A stretch of 43,163 bases of DNA, from positions 1-43,163 of IMG/VR virus record IMGVR_UViG_3300045988_109965; one strand, written 5' to 3'. The DNA is from a virus. Every line of letters starts with the position of its first letter. Within the stretch, counting starts at the first letter, position 1. Positions 1 to 9,997 of the stretch are shown here, one piece after another. A program made the position numbers and the translations under genes. The notes below the pieces were generated by a model. That model did not search any database, had not been told where the DNA came from, and was given only the letters and a program-made list of their open reading frames with translations.

Positions 1-55
1 ATAACCCCCTATCTATTACCCCCTATAATCCCCCAGAAAAGAAAGAAAAAGAGAG
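1..55. repeat. Terminal direct repeat, copy 1 (identical to 43109-43163)
   Basis: The 55-nt string ataaccccctatctatt...gaaaaagagag is read at both ends of the window. Confidence 0.95.
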
Positions 56-120
56 GGCGCGTTGGGGGAGACGGAGGAGGATCGGAAGACTCTACTTAGG
101 CGAGAGGTGGTGAGCCCGTT

Positions 121-591
121 GTGGCAAAAGGCAAATATCAGCGGTGGCTGGAGCCGGACGGGCTCCTGCTGCTGGAGGGCTGGGCTCGGGATGGGCTGAC
201 AGACGAGCAGCTTGCCGAAAAAATGGGAATAAACCCCGCAACCTTGTACGATTGGAAGAATAAGCATCCCGAGATTTCCGAGGCCCTAAAAAAGGGCAAG
301 GAAATCGTGGATATCCAGGTGGAAAACGCCCTCTTAAAACGGGCCTTGGGCTATGAGTACATGGAGGAGCGGGCGGAGATCAGCGAAAAGGACGGCCGGA
401 AGGTCATCCAGACCGTGAAGCAGGTCATACCAGACACGGCGGCGCAGATTTTCTGGCTGAAAAACAGGCGGCCGGACAGGTGGAGGGACAAGCCCCAGGA
501 GAAGGCGGAGACTGTGGCCCAGGCTGATGAAATGACCCTGTCCGACAAGCTGGCGGCCATCAGAGAGGCGGCGAGGACGATTGACAACTAA
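121..591 (+). CDS. terS: Terminase small subunit
   Basis: GTG start 7 nt after AGGTGGTGA. Has an HTH-like segment (LTDEQLAEKMGINPATLYDWKNKH). Its end overlaps the start of the large terminase gene. Confidence 0.7.
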   Translation: MAKGKYQRWLEPDGLLLLEGWARDGLTDEQLAEKMGINPATLYDWKNKHPEISEALKKGKEIVDIQVENALLKRALGYEYMEERAEISEKDGRKVIQTVKQVIPDTAAQIFWLKNRRPDRWRDKPQEKAETVAQADEMTLSDKLAAIREAARTIDN

Positions 592-2080
592 CGAGCTGGC
601 CCGGTTGGCCGTCTGGTACAACCATCTCAGGGACACCAGCAACGACACTTTTATGCCGCTGTTTTCCTGCGAAAGCCGCTATCTGGTGCTCAAGGGCGGA
701 GGCGGCTCTGGCAAGTCCATCTTCGCCGGGCGCAAGGTGCTGGAGCGCTGCGTTTCCGAGCCGGGCCACCGGTTCTTGGTGTGCCGCAAGGTGGCGCGGA
801 CGCTGCGGGAGAGCTGCTTTGCACAGCTCCGTGGGCAGATTTCCGAGCACTATCCCGACAGCGGGGCCGTGGTCAACCGGGGAGAGCTGCGCATCGTATT
901 TCCCAACGGCTCCGAGATACTCTTTGCCGGATTGGATGACGTCGAAAAGCTCAAATCCATCTATGACATCACCGGGATCTGGATTGAGGAGGCGTCGGAG
1001 CTGCTGGAGGCCGACTTTAACCAGTTGGACATCCGCCTGCGGACACAGTGCCCCTACTACCTCCAGATGATTCTCACATTCAACCCGATCAGCATTACAC
1101 ACTGGCTCAAGGGGCGGTTCTTCGATCGGAGCGACTCCCGGGCCACGGTGCACGAGTCCACCTACAGGGACAACCGCTTTCTCACCCAGGAGGCGGTGCG
1201 GACGCTAGAGGCGTTCCGCGACACAGACGAGTATTATTACATGGTCTACTGCCTGGGCCAGTGGGGCGTCACCGGAAAGACCGTATTTGATGCCAAGGCC
1301 GTGACCGCCCGGCTGCTGGAGCACATCCAGCCGGTGCGGGTGGGGTATTTCGCCTATGACTACGACGGGCGGGCGGTATCCGGTATCCGGTGGGTGGACG
1401 ACCCGGGGGGCTTTATCAAGGTCTACCGGGCGCCGGAGGCGGGCGTGCCCTATGTGGTCGGCGGAGACACCGCCGGGGACGGCTCGGACAGCTTTGTGGC
1501 CCAGGTGCTGGACAACTGCACCGGGGAACAGGTGGCCGTCCTCCGACACCAGACCGACGAGGATCTGTACTCCATGCAGGTGTATTGCCTGGGCATGTGG
1601 TACAACACCGCGCTGGTGGGTGTGGAGGCCAACTGGAGTACCTACCCTATCCTGACGCTGGAGCGGCTGGGCTATCCCAACCAGTACGTCCGGGAGGTGC
1701 TGGACGACTACACCCACGGCATCAAGCGGTCGTTCGGTTTCTGGACATCGACAAAAACACGCCCGGTCATCCTCTCCGAGCTGATCCGGGCCGTGCGGGA
1801 GGACATTACCATCGTGTCCGACGAGACCACGTTGCAGGAGATGCTCACCTTTGTGCGGGGCGAGGACTACAAGCCAAGGGCCGAGGAGGGCGCGCACGAC
1901 GACTGCGTTATGGCCCTGGCAATTGCCCACCACATCCGCCCGCAGCAGAGATACACCGTGGAGGCCGGCCGGAAGGCTGGCGGCGCGGTGTGGGACGACT
2001 CCATGTGGGAGGACTATAACAACGCAGGCCCGGAGGAGCGGGAATACCTGATCAAGAAATGGGGGGAGCCCAAACGATGA
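581..2080 (+). CDS. terL: Terminase large subunit (ATPase plus nuclease)
   Basis: Walker A VLKGGGGSGKS and Walker B-like IWIEEASE. C-terminal acidic nuclease-type motifs (GGDTAGDGSD, AHDDCVMA). 499 aa. The TTG start is uncertain. Confidence 0.9.
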   Translation: MTTNELARLAVWYNHLRDTSNDTFMPLFSCESRYLVLKGGGGSGKSIFAGRKVLERCVSEPGHRFLVCRKVARTLRESCFAQLRGQISEHYPDSGAVVNRGELRIVFPNGSEILFAGLDDVEKLKSIYDITGIWIEEASELLEADFNQLDIRLRTQCPYYLQMILTFNPISITHWLKGRFFDRSDSRATVHESTYRDNRFLTQEAVRTLEAFRDTDEYYYMVYCLGQWGVTGKTVFDAKAVTARLLEHIQPVRVGYFAYDYDGRAVSGIRWVDDPGGFIKVYRAPEAGVPYVVGGDTAGDGSDSFVAQVLDNCTGEQVAVLRHQTDEDLYSMQVYCLGMWYNTALVGVEANWSTYPILTLERLGYPNQYVREVLDDYTHGIKRSFGFWTSTKTRPVILSELIRAVREDITIVSDETTLQEMLTFVRGEDYKPRAEEGAHDDCVMALAIAHHIRPQQRYTVEAGRKAGGAVWDDSMWEDYNNAGPEEREYLIKKWGEPKR

Positions 2081-4131
2081 AAAAGAGAGACAAAGACCGG
2101 CTGCGGCTGTGGCAGGACAGGCTCGGGCGGGCCAACGCGGCATATGAGCCGGAGCTGTCCAAAATGGACGGGCGGGAGGAGCTGTACCAGGGCTGCAGCC
2201 GCATCCGGCCCATCGTTTGTACCGCCCGGAAGAAGGAGACCCCCCACGTGCGCAACCTGTGCGCCGAGATGATCGAGAGCCAGGTGGACAGCAACATCCC
2301 CCAGCCCAAGGTCACGCCCCGGCGCAGAGAGGACGAGTGGCGGGCCAAGCTCATCGAGGACATGCTCCGCAACGAGTTGGACCGGCTGCCCTTTGAGCAG
2401 ATGAACGACATCATGGAGCGCACCATCCCCATCCAGGGCGGCGGGGCCTTTTTGGTGGAGTGGGATAACAGCAAGGCGGGAAGCGCCACCGTGGGAGAGC
2501 TGGCCGTCTCCACCCTCCACCCAAAGCAGATCATCCCCCAGGCCGGGGTTTACACCGGCGTAGAGGATATGGACTACATCATTCTCAAAATTCCGCAGAC
2601 CAAGGGGTACATCAAGCGCACCTACGGCGTGGACGTGTCTGAGGAGGCAGAGGAGGAGCCGGACGTCAAGGGCGGCAGCGGCGAGGGCACGGCGGACGAC
2701 ATGGTGACCCAGTATGTGGCCTACTACCGCAACCCGGACGGGGGGATTGGCCTGTTTTCCTGGGTGAACGACACGGCGCTGGAGGACTTGGAGGACTATC
2801 AGGCCCGGCGGCTGCGCCGGTGCGCCCGGTGCGGCGCGGTGGAACCCCTGGAGGCTGAGCCGGTGGATGCCCCGGCGGACAAGGGGCTGCTGCCCGGCAT
2901 GACCCCCGACGGGGCGGGCGCGGGGCCGGACGGCACGCCCACCGGGCGGCGGGGCAAGCGGAAGGTCTGCCCCTACTGCGGCGGCGACAAGTGGGAGGAG
3001 GCCAAGGAGGAGTACGAGGAGGTCTATGTCCCCATACCCCGCAGCGACGGCACCGAGATTCCGGGGGCGCGGCCGGTGGAGGTTGTCACCGATACAGTGG
3101 ACGAGCTGGGCTTGCCCGTGGTGGCGGTGGTGCAGGAGCCGACCCGGATTCCCTTCTACAAGCCGGACATCTACCCGGTTATCCTCCAAAAAAATGTGAG
3201 CGTGTACGGCAGGTTCCTGGGGGACAGCGATCTGGACAAGATTGCCGACCAGCAGAACACCACCAACCGCATCGAGGCCAAGATTATAGACAAGCTCACT
3301 AAATCGGGCAGTTACATCAGCCTCCCCAACGACGCCAAGATCCGCTACGACGAGGAGGACATGAAGAAGATCTATCTCTCCAGCCCGGCGGACAAGTCCT
3401 ATCTGGACGTGTACGACCTCCAGGGGGATATTGAGCAGGACATGGCCTATCTGGCGCAGGTATACGAGGAGGCGCGGCAGGTCATCGGAATCACCGATTC
3501 CTTCCAGGGCCGCAAGGATTCCACCGCCACCAGCGGGACGGCCAAGGAGTTCTCCGCTGCCCAGGCCGCCGGACGGCTGGAGTCAAAACGGGTCATGAAG
3601 AATGCGGCCTACGCGGCGCTCTTTGAGGCCATGTTCAAGTTTAAGCTGGCCTACGCCGACGAGCCGCGGCCTGTGGTCTCCCACGACATCGAAGGCCGGG
3701 CCGAGTACCGGCAGTTCAACCGCTACGACTTCCTGGAGCAGGACGAGACGGGGGAGTGGCGGTGGATTGACGATTTCCTCTTTTCCTGCGACACATCCGC
3801 CCCCCTTGCCAACAACCGGGAGGCCATGTGGCAGGAGACGCGGATGAACCTCCAGACCGGGGCGTTCGGCGACCCGACCAACCTCAAGACCCTGATCCTT
3901 TTTTGGACGAAGATGGAGCTGCTGCACTATCCGGGCGCGGGCGACACCAAGACCTATCTGGAGCAGGAGTATCAACAGCAGCAGGCCATGATGCAGCAGC
4001 AGATGGCAATGCAGCAACAGCAAATGCAGATGCAGGCGGTACAGGAGACGGTCTCCCGAGCCAAGCAGGATGCGGCCGAGGCCGCGCAGGACGGGGGGAT
4101 CCCGGCAGCAAGGGCCACCTATATGGCATAA
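2077..4131 (+). CDS. Portal protein with an internal CxxC...CxxC insert and a Q/M-rich C-terminus
   Basis: Its ATG overlaps the terL stop (ATGA at 2077-2080). Called from size and position directly after terL. An alternative in-frame ATG lies at 2059. Confidence 0.75.
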   Translation: MKKRDKDRLRLWQDRLGRANAAYEPELSKMDGREELYQGCSRIRPIVCTARKKETPHVRNLCAEMIESQVDSNIPQPKVTPRRREDEWRAKLIEDMLRNELDRLPFEQMNDIMERTIPIQGGGAFLVEWDNSKAGSATVGELAVSTLHPKQIIPQAGVYTGVEDMDYIILKIPQTKGYIKRTYGVDVSEEAEEEPDVKGGSGEGTADDMVTQYVAYYRNPDGGIGLFSWVNDTALEDLEDYQARRLRRCARCGAVEPLEAEPVDAPADKGLLPGMTPDGAGAGPDGTPTGRRGKRKVCPYCGGDKWEEAKEEYEEVYVPIPRSDGTEIPGARPVEVVTDTVDELGLPVVAVVQEPTRIPFYKPDIYPVILQKNVSVYGRFLGDSDLDKIADQQNTTNRIEAKIIDKLTKSGSYISLPNDAKIRYDEEDMKKIYLSSPADKSYLDVYDLQGDIEQDMAYLAQVYEEARQVIGITDSFQGRKDSTATSGTAKEFSAAQAAGRLESKRVMKNAAYAALFEAMFKFKLAYADEPRPVVSHDIEGRAEYRQFNRYDFLEQDETGEWRWIDDFLFSCDTSAPLANNREAMWQETRMNLQTGAFGDPTNLKTLILFWTKMELLHYPGAGDTKTYLEQEYQQQQAMMQQQMAMQQQQMQMQAVQETVSRAKQDAAEAAQDGGIPAARATYMA

Positions 4132-4190
4132 AATCAAGCGCACGCCAACAGCGAAGAAATGGCAAATCCAGGAGAAAGGAGGTGCGCAGT

Positions 4191-4319
4191 ATGGCGAACG
4201 GATACATCGGCAAGGTCAGCCACAGCGGTGTGCAGAAGGTCACCGCCCCCAACCCCGCCACGGGAAAGAAGGGGAACGGCACAGCCAAGAAGGGCAACGA
4301 CCTGAGAACGGGCAAGTAA
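4191..4319 (+). CDS. Small basic hypothetical protein (42 aa)
   Basis: ATG preceded by AGGAGAAAGGAGG. Fills the portal-scaffold gap. Not listed separately in the ORF track because it sits inside a longer shadow ORF. Confidence 0.45.
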   Translation: MANGYIGKVSHSGVQKVTAPNPATGKKGNGTAKKGNDLRTGK

Positions 4320-4342
4320 TAGGGTGAAAGGAGAACACACAC

Positions 4343-5275
4343 ATGGAAATCAACTACGGCGCGGTGTTTGATGTAGAGGTGCCGGAGACTACCACAGGCG
4401 CAGAAGAGACGGAGGCCGCCGAACCGTCGGAAAATGACACCACTACAGCCGCCGCACAAGGCGCAGAAGAGCAGGAGGCCGCCGCCCCTGCCGTAGAGGA
4501 AACGGAAGAGTCCGAACAGCCTCAGACGGAGGCGCCGGAGCAGGAACCCAAAACCGACCGCGACGCACAGTTTGCCGCAGCCCGCCGCAAGGCGGAGGCG
4601 GAGCGGGACGCCGCCATTGCCCAGGCCAAAGAGGACGCGCAGAAGCAGGTGGATGAGTTTTTCAAGAACTCGGGGCTGATGAACCCGTACACCGGGCAGC
4701 CCATCACCACCAGAGCGGAGTATGAGGCATACCGGGAGCGATTCGAGGCCGACCAGAAGGCCAAGCTCATGGAGAAGGCGGGCATTACCCAGGAGGAGTT
4801 CCAGGCGTTTGTCCAGGGCCTCCCGGAGGTGCGGGCGGCCCGGCAGGCCAAAGCCGAGGCGGAGGCCGCCGCAAGGCAGGCCAGAGAGCAGGAGGCAAAG
4901 GCAAGGGTGGACGAGCAGCTCCGGCAGATTCAGGCCATCGACCCCACGGTCAAGGAGCTGGGTGATCTGGCGAAGCTGGACACTTATCCCAAGCTGTACG
5001 ACATGGTCAAGCGGGGCTACTCCATCCTGGACGCCTACCGTCTGGCGAACTATGACACGCTGACCCAGCGGGCCGCGGAGGCCAGCCGGAAGGCGGCCAT
5101 CAACTCCGTGCAGAGTAAGCAGCACCTGAAAGCCACCGAGAGCCGCGGCGGCGGGGCGATCCCCGTGCCCGACAGCGTCCTTGAGGAGTACCGGGCCCTG
5201 AACCCCGGCGCGACCAAAGAGGAGATCCAGAAGCACTATCAAAGCTACATGAAGAACAGCCGAAAGGAGCAATAA
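4343..5275 (+). CDS. Head scaffolding protein
   Basis: Acidic N-terminus and long charged coiled-coil stretches (AKAEAEAAARQAREQEAKARVDEQL). Lies between portal and capsid genes. Confidence 0.7.
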   Translation: MEINYGAVFDVEVPETTTGAEETEAAEPSENDTTTAAAQGAEEQEAAAPAVEETEESEQPQTEAPEQEPKTDRDAQFAAARRKAEAERDAAIAQAKEDAQKQVDEFFKNSGLMNPYTGQPITTRAEYEAYRERFEADQKAKLMEKAGITQEEFQAFVQGLPEVRAARQAKAEAEAAARQAREQEAKARVDEQLRQIQAIDPTVKELGDLAKLDTYPKLYDMVKRGYSILDAYRLANYDTLTQRAAEASRKAAINSVQSKQHLKATESRGGGAIPVPDSVLEEYRALNPGATKEEIQKHYQSYMKNSRKEQ

Positions 5276-5276
5276 A

Positions 5277-5702
5277 ATGGCATTTCTCATTCAGCAGGTA
5301 GACGGGGGCAGAATCCCCGGCATCGAGTACCTGCCCGCAGGAGCCATCACCCCTAAAGTGGGTATGGCCCTGACACAGACAGGGGGCAATCTGGCGGTGG
5401 CCAGCGGCACCACTACCCCCACCTACATCAGCATGGTAGAGAAGGAAACGGCCTGCACCGCGGGAGACATCATCCCCGTGCTGCGGGTGCTGCCCGATAT
5501 GATGTTTGAGACCACCTTCCAGGCCGACGCATCGGCCATCAAGCTGGGCGACAAGGTGACGCTGCACACCGACGGCCTACAGGTCACCGCCACCAAGACG
5601 AACGGCGTGGCCGAGGTGGTTGGAATGGACGGCACCGCCGCATCCGACCGGGTGCGCGTCCGGTTCCCCGCCGTGGTGAACATCACGCAGAGCGGCGGTT
5701 AA
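5277..5702 (+). CDS. Capsid-associated protein, possibly head decoration (by position)
   Basis: 141 aa, immediately upstream of the major capsid gene. Phage lambda has the same scaffold-decoration-capsid order (Nu3-D-E). No motif recognised. Confidence 0.4.
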   Translation: MAFLIQQVDGGRIPGIEYLPAGAITPKVGMALTQTGGNLAVASGTTTPTYISMVEKETACTAGDIIPVLRVLPDMMFETTFQADASAIKLGDKVTLHTDGLQVTATKTNGVAEVVGMDGTAASDRVRVRFPAVVNITQSGG

Positions 5703-5721
5703 CAGAAGGGAGAGAAGATAT

Positions 5722-6738
5722 ATGGCTGGTATTACGTTTACCGAAGGCTCCGGCCTCCAGGACAGCATTTTTGGTAAGTCCCAGGCCCCGATCCGCATGT
5801 TCCTGGAGAAGCGGGGCGAGGCGTTCGAGCAGCAGAGCATGCTCAAGGAGCTGTTCAATATGGAGAACTCCAACAAATGGGCCGAGAAGATGGGCACCAT
5901 GACCGCCATGGAGGGCTTCCAGCCCGTGGGAGAGAACGGAACCTATCCCCTGGACAGCATGCAGGAGGGCTTCGACAAAACCCTGGAGCACATGACCTGG
6001 AAGGACTCCTTCTCCATGTCCCAGGAGATTGTGGAGGACGCAAAGCTGATGGATCTGCGCAAGCGGCCCGCCCAGTTTATCGCCGGGTATTACCGCACCC
6101 GGGAGAAGTTCGGCGCGGCCCTGTACGGCGCGGCCATCACGGGCAAGACTTCTGTAAGCTTCCACGGCCGCACCTTTGACGCCAAGGGCGCGGACGGCAA
6201 GGCCCTGTTCGACAAGGCCCACCCCTCCGCCCTGGAGCGCAACAAGGGTACCCAGTCCAACCAGTTTGCGGACGCCTTCTCCAACGACGCCCTCGGCGCT
6301 ATGGAGACGGCCATGCAGGACTTCCGGGGGGACAACGGCGAGATTCTGGACGTGGCCCCCGACACTATTCTGATCCCAAACAACTACAAGCTCAAGAAGG
6401 ACGTGTTCGCCGCCATCGGCGCGGACAAGGACCCCACCACCTCCAACAACGGCTTTAACTATCAGTATGGCCGGTGGTCGGTGATCATCTGGCCCTACCT
6501 CAACCAGTTCATTACCGCCGATACGTCTCCCTGGGTGCTGCTGGACAGCCGGTACAACGAGCAGTACGGTGGTGCCATGTGGTTTGACCGCGTGCAGCTC
6601 AACGTGCGCAGTGAGATTGACCCCGGCAACGACGCCAACGTGTGGAAGGGCCGCGCCCGGTTCACTGCTGGTTTTAACGACTGGCGCTTCGCCGCGGTGG
6701 GCGGCGTGACGGGCGGCACTCAACTTATCGGCGGCTGA
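5722..6738 (+). CDS. Major capsid protein
   Basis: 338 aa with a strong SD (AAGGGAGAG). Follows the scaffold gene and is followed by a perfect 12-bp hairpin terminator. Called from position and size. Confidence 0.75.
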   Translation: MAGITFTEGSGLQDSIFGKSQAPIRMFLEKRGEAFEQQSMLKELFNMENSNKWAEKMGTMTAMEGFQPVGENGTYPLDSMQEGFDKTLEHMTWKDSFSMSQEIVEDAKLMDLRKRPAQFIAGYYRTREKFGAALYGAAITGKTSVSFHGRTFDAKGADGKALFDKAHPSALERNKGTQSNQFADAFSNDALGAMETAMQDFRGDNGEILDVAPDTILIPNNYKLKKDVFAAIGADKDPTTSNNGFNYQYGRWSVIIWPYLNQFITADTSPWVLLDSRYNEQYGGAMWFDRVQLNVRSEIDPGNDANVWKGRARFTAGFNDWRFAAVGGVTGGTQLIGG

Positions 6739-6748
6739 CAGTACAAAG

Positions 6749-6780
6749 GCCGGGCGGCGGCAAATCCGCCGCCCGGCTTT
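6749..6780 (+). terminator. Hairpin after the capsid gene
   Basis: gccgggcggcgg / caaat / ccgccgcccggc gives a perfect 12-bp stem, followed by TTT. Confidence 0.6.
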
Positions 6781-6797
6781 CAGATAGGAGGGATAAC

Positions 6798-7166
6798 ATG
6801 ACCGTATCACAGGTGATACAGGCGGTGGACGAGGTCAAGCCGAACGCCTTTTCCAACGAGGAAAAGACCCGGTGGCTCAATGAGGTGGAGGGAATGGTGC
6901 AGACGGAGGTGCTTCTGTTTGCCAGCGAGGAGGTCATCACCTATTCCTACGAGCAGGACAAGGACGCGGAGCTCCTGGTACAGCCGCCCCACGACAAGCT
7001 CTATCCGGCCTATCTGGAGGCCCGTGTGGACTACGCCAACGGGGAGTATGAAAAGTACCAGAACACGATGCAGATGTTTAACGCCTTTTTCGGCGAGTTT
7101 ATCCGGTGGTTCGCCCTGACCTACAGCCCGGCGGACACCCACGGGGAGGTCTACTATGGAGTGTAA
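6798..7166 (+). CDS. Hypothetical virion protein (head-tail adaptor by position)
   Basis: 122 aa with SD AGGAGGG. Lies directly after the capsid gene and overlaps the next gene by 11 nt. Confidence 0.4.
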   Translation: MTVSQVIQAVDEVKPNAFSNEEKTRWLNEVEGMVQTEVLLFASEEVITYSYEQDKDAELLVQPPHDKLYPAYLEARVDYANGEYEKYQNTMQMFNAFFGEFIRWFALTYSPADTHGEVYYGV

Positions 7167-9276
7167 CGAACAGGGAAAGCGCTGGCGCGGCTACTATATC
7201 ACCGCCTACGGAATCGCCGTTAAGCACGGATTCAAGGGCACGGAGGCGGAGTGGCTGGAGACGTTGAAGGGCGACAAGGTGCAGCTCCGCTACAACGAGG
7301 ACACCAAGACTCTGGAATGGAAATATGAGGACGCGGACGAATGGCTCGAACTCATGGATATCAATGCGCTCCAGGGAGAGGTCGTCACAGAGGTGCTCGA
7401 ACAGGCTACCGCCGCAAAGGAGGCGGCGGAAACAGCACAGGCGGGTGCGGAAGCGGCGCAGGAAGCCGCCGAGTCGGCCCGGACGGGTGCGGAAACCGCC
7501 GCGGCCTCTGCGGCTGAGCAGGCGGCAGCCGCAGGAAAGAGCGCCGCGGCTGCGGCGCAGGATGCGCAGAATGCCGCAGCCGCGAAGACGGGAGCGGAGA
7601 GCGCGAGAGACGCCGCAGAGGCAGCAAAGAGCGAAGCGCAGGAATCGGCGGCTTCTGCCCAGGAGAGCGCCGCCACGGCGCGGCAGGAAGCAGGGAAGGC
7701 CGTGGACAGCGCCGCGGCGGCGGCGGGCAGCGCAGAAGATGCGGCGAAAAGCGCGGAGGCAGCGGAAGCTGCTCAAAAGGCGGTATCGGATTCGGCCACA
7801 GCGGCAGAAGCCGCGCGCAAGGCGGCAGAGGCGGCCGCGGCCCAGGCGGCCGGAGATGCGGATGCCGCAGAGGAAAGCGCATTGGCAGCAGCGGGCAGCG
7901 CCTCCACGGCGTCGCAAAAAGCGGAAGATGCAGGCGCGAGCGCGGTAGCGGCGGCGGGAAGTGCATCCCAGGCTTCCGAAAGCGCGGCCCAGGCAGGCAA
8001 GAGCGCAGAGGGGGCGGCGGCCTCCAGAGACGCTGCGGTTATGGCCCAGGGCAAGGCGGAGACTGCACGGACGGCGGCGGAATCTGCAAAGACAGCCGCA
8101 GAGGCGGCGAGAGATTCCGCGGTCACGGCTTCGGAGACAGCGGTGAGTGCGAAGGAAACCGCAGTCAGCGCCAAGAACGGCGCAGAGGCGGCGGCTGGAA
8201 ATGCAAGTGATTCCGCCGGAGAGGCTGCGGCCAGCGCGGAGCTGGCCGGGCAAAAGGCTGCCGCGGCGGAGAAGAGCGCGGAAGCGGCTGCCGCCAGCGC
8301 CGCATCCATCGGTCAGGCGGAGGAAAATGCCGCGGCATCCGCCACGGAGGCGGAGAGCTGGGCGGTGGGCGGAACCGGAACGCGGGAAGGGGAGGACACC
8401 AACAACGCCAAATACTGGTCTGCACGGGCCCAGGACGCGGCGGGCGGCGGTGTGACCTCCTTCAACAACCGGACAGGAGCGGTGAAACCGGCCAAGGGAG
8501 ATTACACCGCCAGTCTTGTGACCTTCACCGACGGACAGACCTTCCAGGAGAAGTATGAATCCGGAGAGCTGACAGGCCCCGCCGGAGCAGACGGCGCGCC
8601 AGGTTCCCCCGGCCCAGCCGGGGCACCGGGCGAACAGGGGCCTTCTGGCCCGGCTGGCCCCACGGGCCCCCAGGGGCCCAAAGGTGATCCCGGAGAGGCC
8701 GGGGCGGATGGAGCACAAGGCCCACAGGGCCCGGAAGGGCCTGCTGGGCCGACCGGCCCGAAGGGGGATCCGGGACAAGATGGGCCCGCTGGCCCGGACG
8801 GAGCAGATGGGGCACCCGGTAAGGATGCAACAATAAACGGTGTAAACGCTCTGACCATTCAGGGCGGCACACGGGTGAAAGCGACTCAACAGGGAAACAC
8901 TCTGACATTGGATACACCGGACGCCGTCACTGTTTCCGGCGGCGGCACGATGCAGATGGGGGAGAGCCTGGGCGACGGCCCCTACACCATCGAAGTAACC
9001 GAAGACGGAGAGGGCGGCGACCTCTCCGCCGAATATGTGGGCTACAGCAACACGGGCAGCGGCCTGGAGGCTACCAACGTACAAGAGGCCATAGACGAGC
9101 TGGCGGGGAAGGGCGGAGGCGAATACCTCCCTTTGACTGGCGGGACTATGACGGGGCCTCTCACTTTAAGCGGGCTGCCGACCAGCGAAAACCACGCCGC
9201 CAACAAGCAGTATGTGGATGGCTTGGTTGGTGACATCAATGCCATGCTGGATGCCATCAACGGGGAGGTGGTGTGA
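7156..9276 (+). CDS. Collagen-like tail fibre protein
   Basis: N-terminal [23 protein letters not shown] motif, ~300 aa Ala/Ser/Glu-rich coiled coil, and 28 G-X-Y triplets. C-terminal [12 protein letters not shown]...ANKQYVD fibre motif. Confidence 0.85.
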   Translation: MECNEQGKRWRGYYITAYGIAVKHGFKGTEAEWLETLKGDKVQLRYNEDTKTLEWKYEDADEWLELMDINALQGEVVTEVLEQATAAKEAAETAQAGAEAAQEAAESARTGAETAAASAAEQAAAAGKSAAAAAQDAQNAAAAKTGAESARDAAEAAKSEAQESAASAQESAATARQEAGKAVDSAAAAAGSAEDAAKSAEAAEAAQKAVSDSATAAEAARKAAEAAAAQAAGDADAAEESALAAAGSASTASQKAEDAGASAVAAAGSASQASESAAQAGKSAEGAAASRDAAVMAQGKAETARTAAESAKTAAEAARDSAVTASETAVSAKETAVSAKNGAEAAAGNASDSAGEAAASAELAGQKAAAAEKSAEAAAASAASIGQAEENAAASATEAESWAVGGTGTREGEDTNNAKYWSARAQDAAGGGVTSFNNRTGAVKPAKGDYTASLVTFTDGQTFQEKYESGELTGPAGADGAPGSPGPAGAPGEQGPSGPAGPTGPQGPKGDPGEAGADGAQGPQGPEGPAGPTGPKGDPGQDGPAGPDGADGAPGKDATINGVNALTIQGGTRVKATQQGNTLTLDTPDAVTVSGGGTMQMGESLGDGPYTIEVTEDGEGGDLSAEYVGYSNTGSGLEATNVQEAIDELAGKGGGEYLPLTGGTMTGPLTLSGLPTSENHAANKQYVDGLVGDINAMLDAINGEVV
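8575..8826 (+). repeat. Collagen G-X-Y triplet tract (coding)
   Basis: [43 protein letters not shown]...GAPGKD read in frame. Confidence 0.9.
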
Positions 9277-9277
9277 T

Positions 9278-9748
9278 GTGGGCACTGCTGCGGATAAGCT
9301 AACCTATTTACAGGAGACGAAAGAGGCAATTCGGAAAGCAATTGAGGCGCAGGGGGGGACTGTGGCCGCGGGGCTCCCATTTCGTCAATATGCGGGATAT
9401 ATCACGCGCCTCACCCCGCCGAATGCTTTGGCGGTATCGGACGGTGACGTACAGGTTACCTGTAAGCTGGGCCACCCAGTACGGGTAGATGGGCCATTAG
9501 CCTACCCAACGGGTAAGACCTACTATCTGTCGCTAGAAGGGGACGGACTCCCTGAGATTGGGAATATGCGCTGCCCTAAAGGGGCGATTCTCTTAATTAC
9601 CCCTCTATCGGCAGGAGGGAAAATCGCTGTAGAGGGTGGAGCGGAGGCACTTGGCACATCCTCTGATGGCGGCCAGACATACCGAATAACAGGAGATTTT
9701 CTGATTTTTAGCTCAGGTGGTATGCACAGCGGCGGGAGCATCAACTAA
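9278..9748 (+). CDS. Fibre-associated hypothetical protein
   Basis: GTG start 6 nt after GGGGAGGTGG. The N-terminal AADKLTYLQETKEAIRKAIEAQG motif recurs in phage fibre-module proteins. Confidence 0.5.
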   Translation: MGTAADKLTYLQETKEAIRKAIEAQGGTVAAGLPFRQYAGYITRLTPPNALAVSDGDVQVTCKLGHPVRVDGPLAYPTGKTYYLSLEGDGLPEIGNMRCPKGAILLITPLSAGGKIAVEGGAEALGTSSDGGQTYRITGDFLIFSSGGMHSGGSIN

Positions 9749-9784
9749 AGTAGATAACTACACGCACCACCTTCTTGGAGACAT

Positions 9785-9813
9785 AAAAAGCCACCCCCGT
9801 CGGAGGGGGTGGC
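9785..9813 (-). terminator. Reverse-oriented hairpin plus T-run inside the late region
   Basis: gccaccccc / gtcgga / gggggtggc gives a 9-bp GC stem. The run of five T follows it only on the minus strand. Confidence 0.4.
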
Positions 9814-9842
9814 ATGGACCAATGAAAGGTGAGGGGGTAAAA

Positions 9843-9941
9843 ATGTTGGTCCGCGAAGTCATTATAGCATCCTGGAAGAGAATAGGCAAGCCTTCTAAGA
9901 AAGAGGAAGTGACGAATCAGTATGAAAAGAATCGACTTTGA
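9843..9941 (+). CDS. Small hypothetical ORF (32 aa) in an AT-richer islet
   Basis: ATG lies 5 nt after GAGGGGG. Basic peptide MLVREVIIASWKRIGKPSKKEE. No other support. Confidence 0.3.
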   Translation: MLVREVIIASWKRIGKPSKKEEVTNQYEKNRL

Positions 9942-9997
9942 CAAGTACACCACCGCGGTCGCCAGCATCGGCATGTGGCAATGGGTGGAGGTGTAAC

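Noticed and set aside
7400-8350. An Ala-rich low-complexity tract considered as a hypervariable region or a diversity-generating retroelement target.
   Set aside because: There is no reverse transcriptase gene and no template repeat in the genome. The tract is the coiled-coil shaft typical of fibre proteins.
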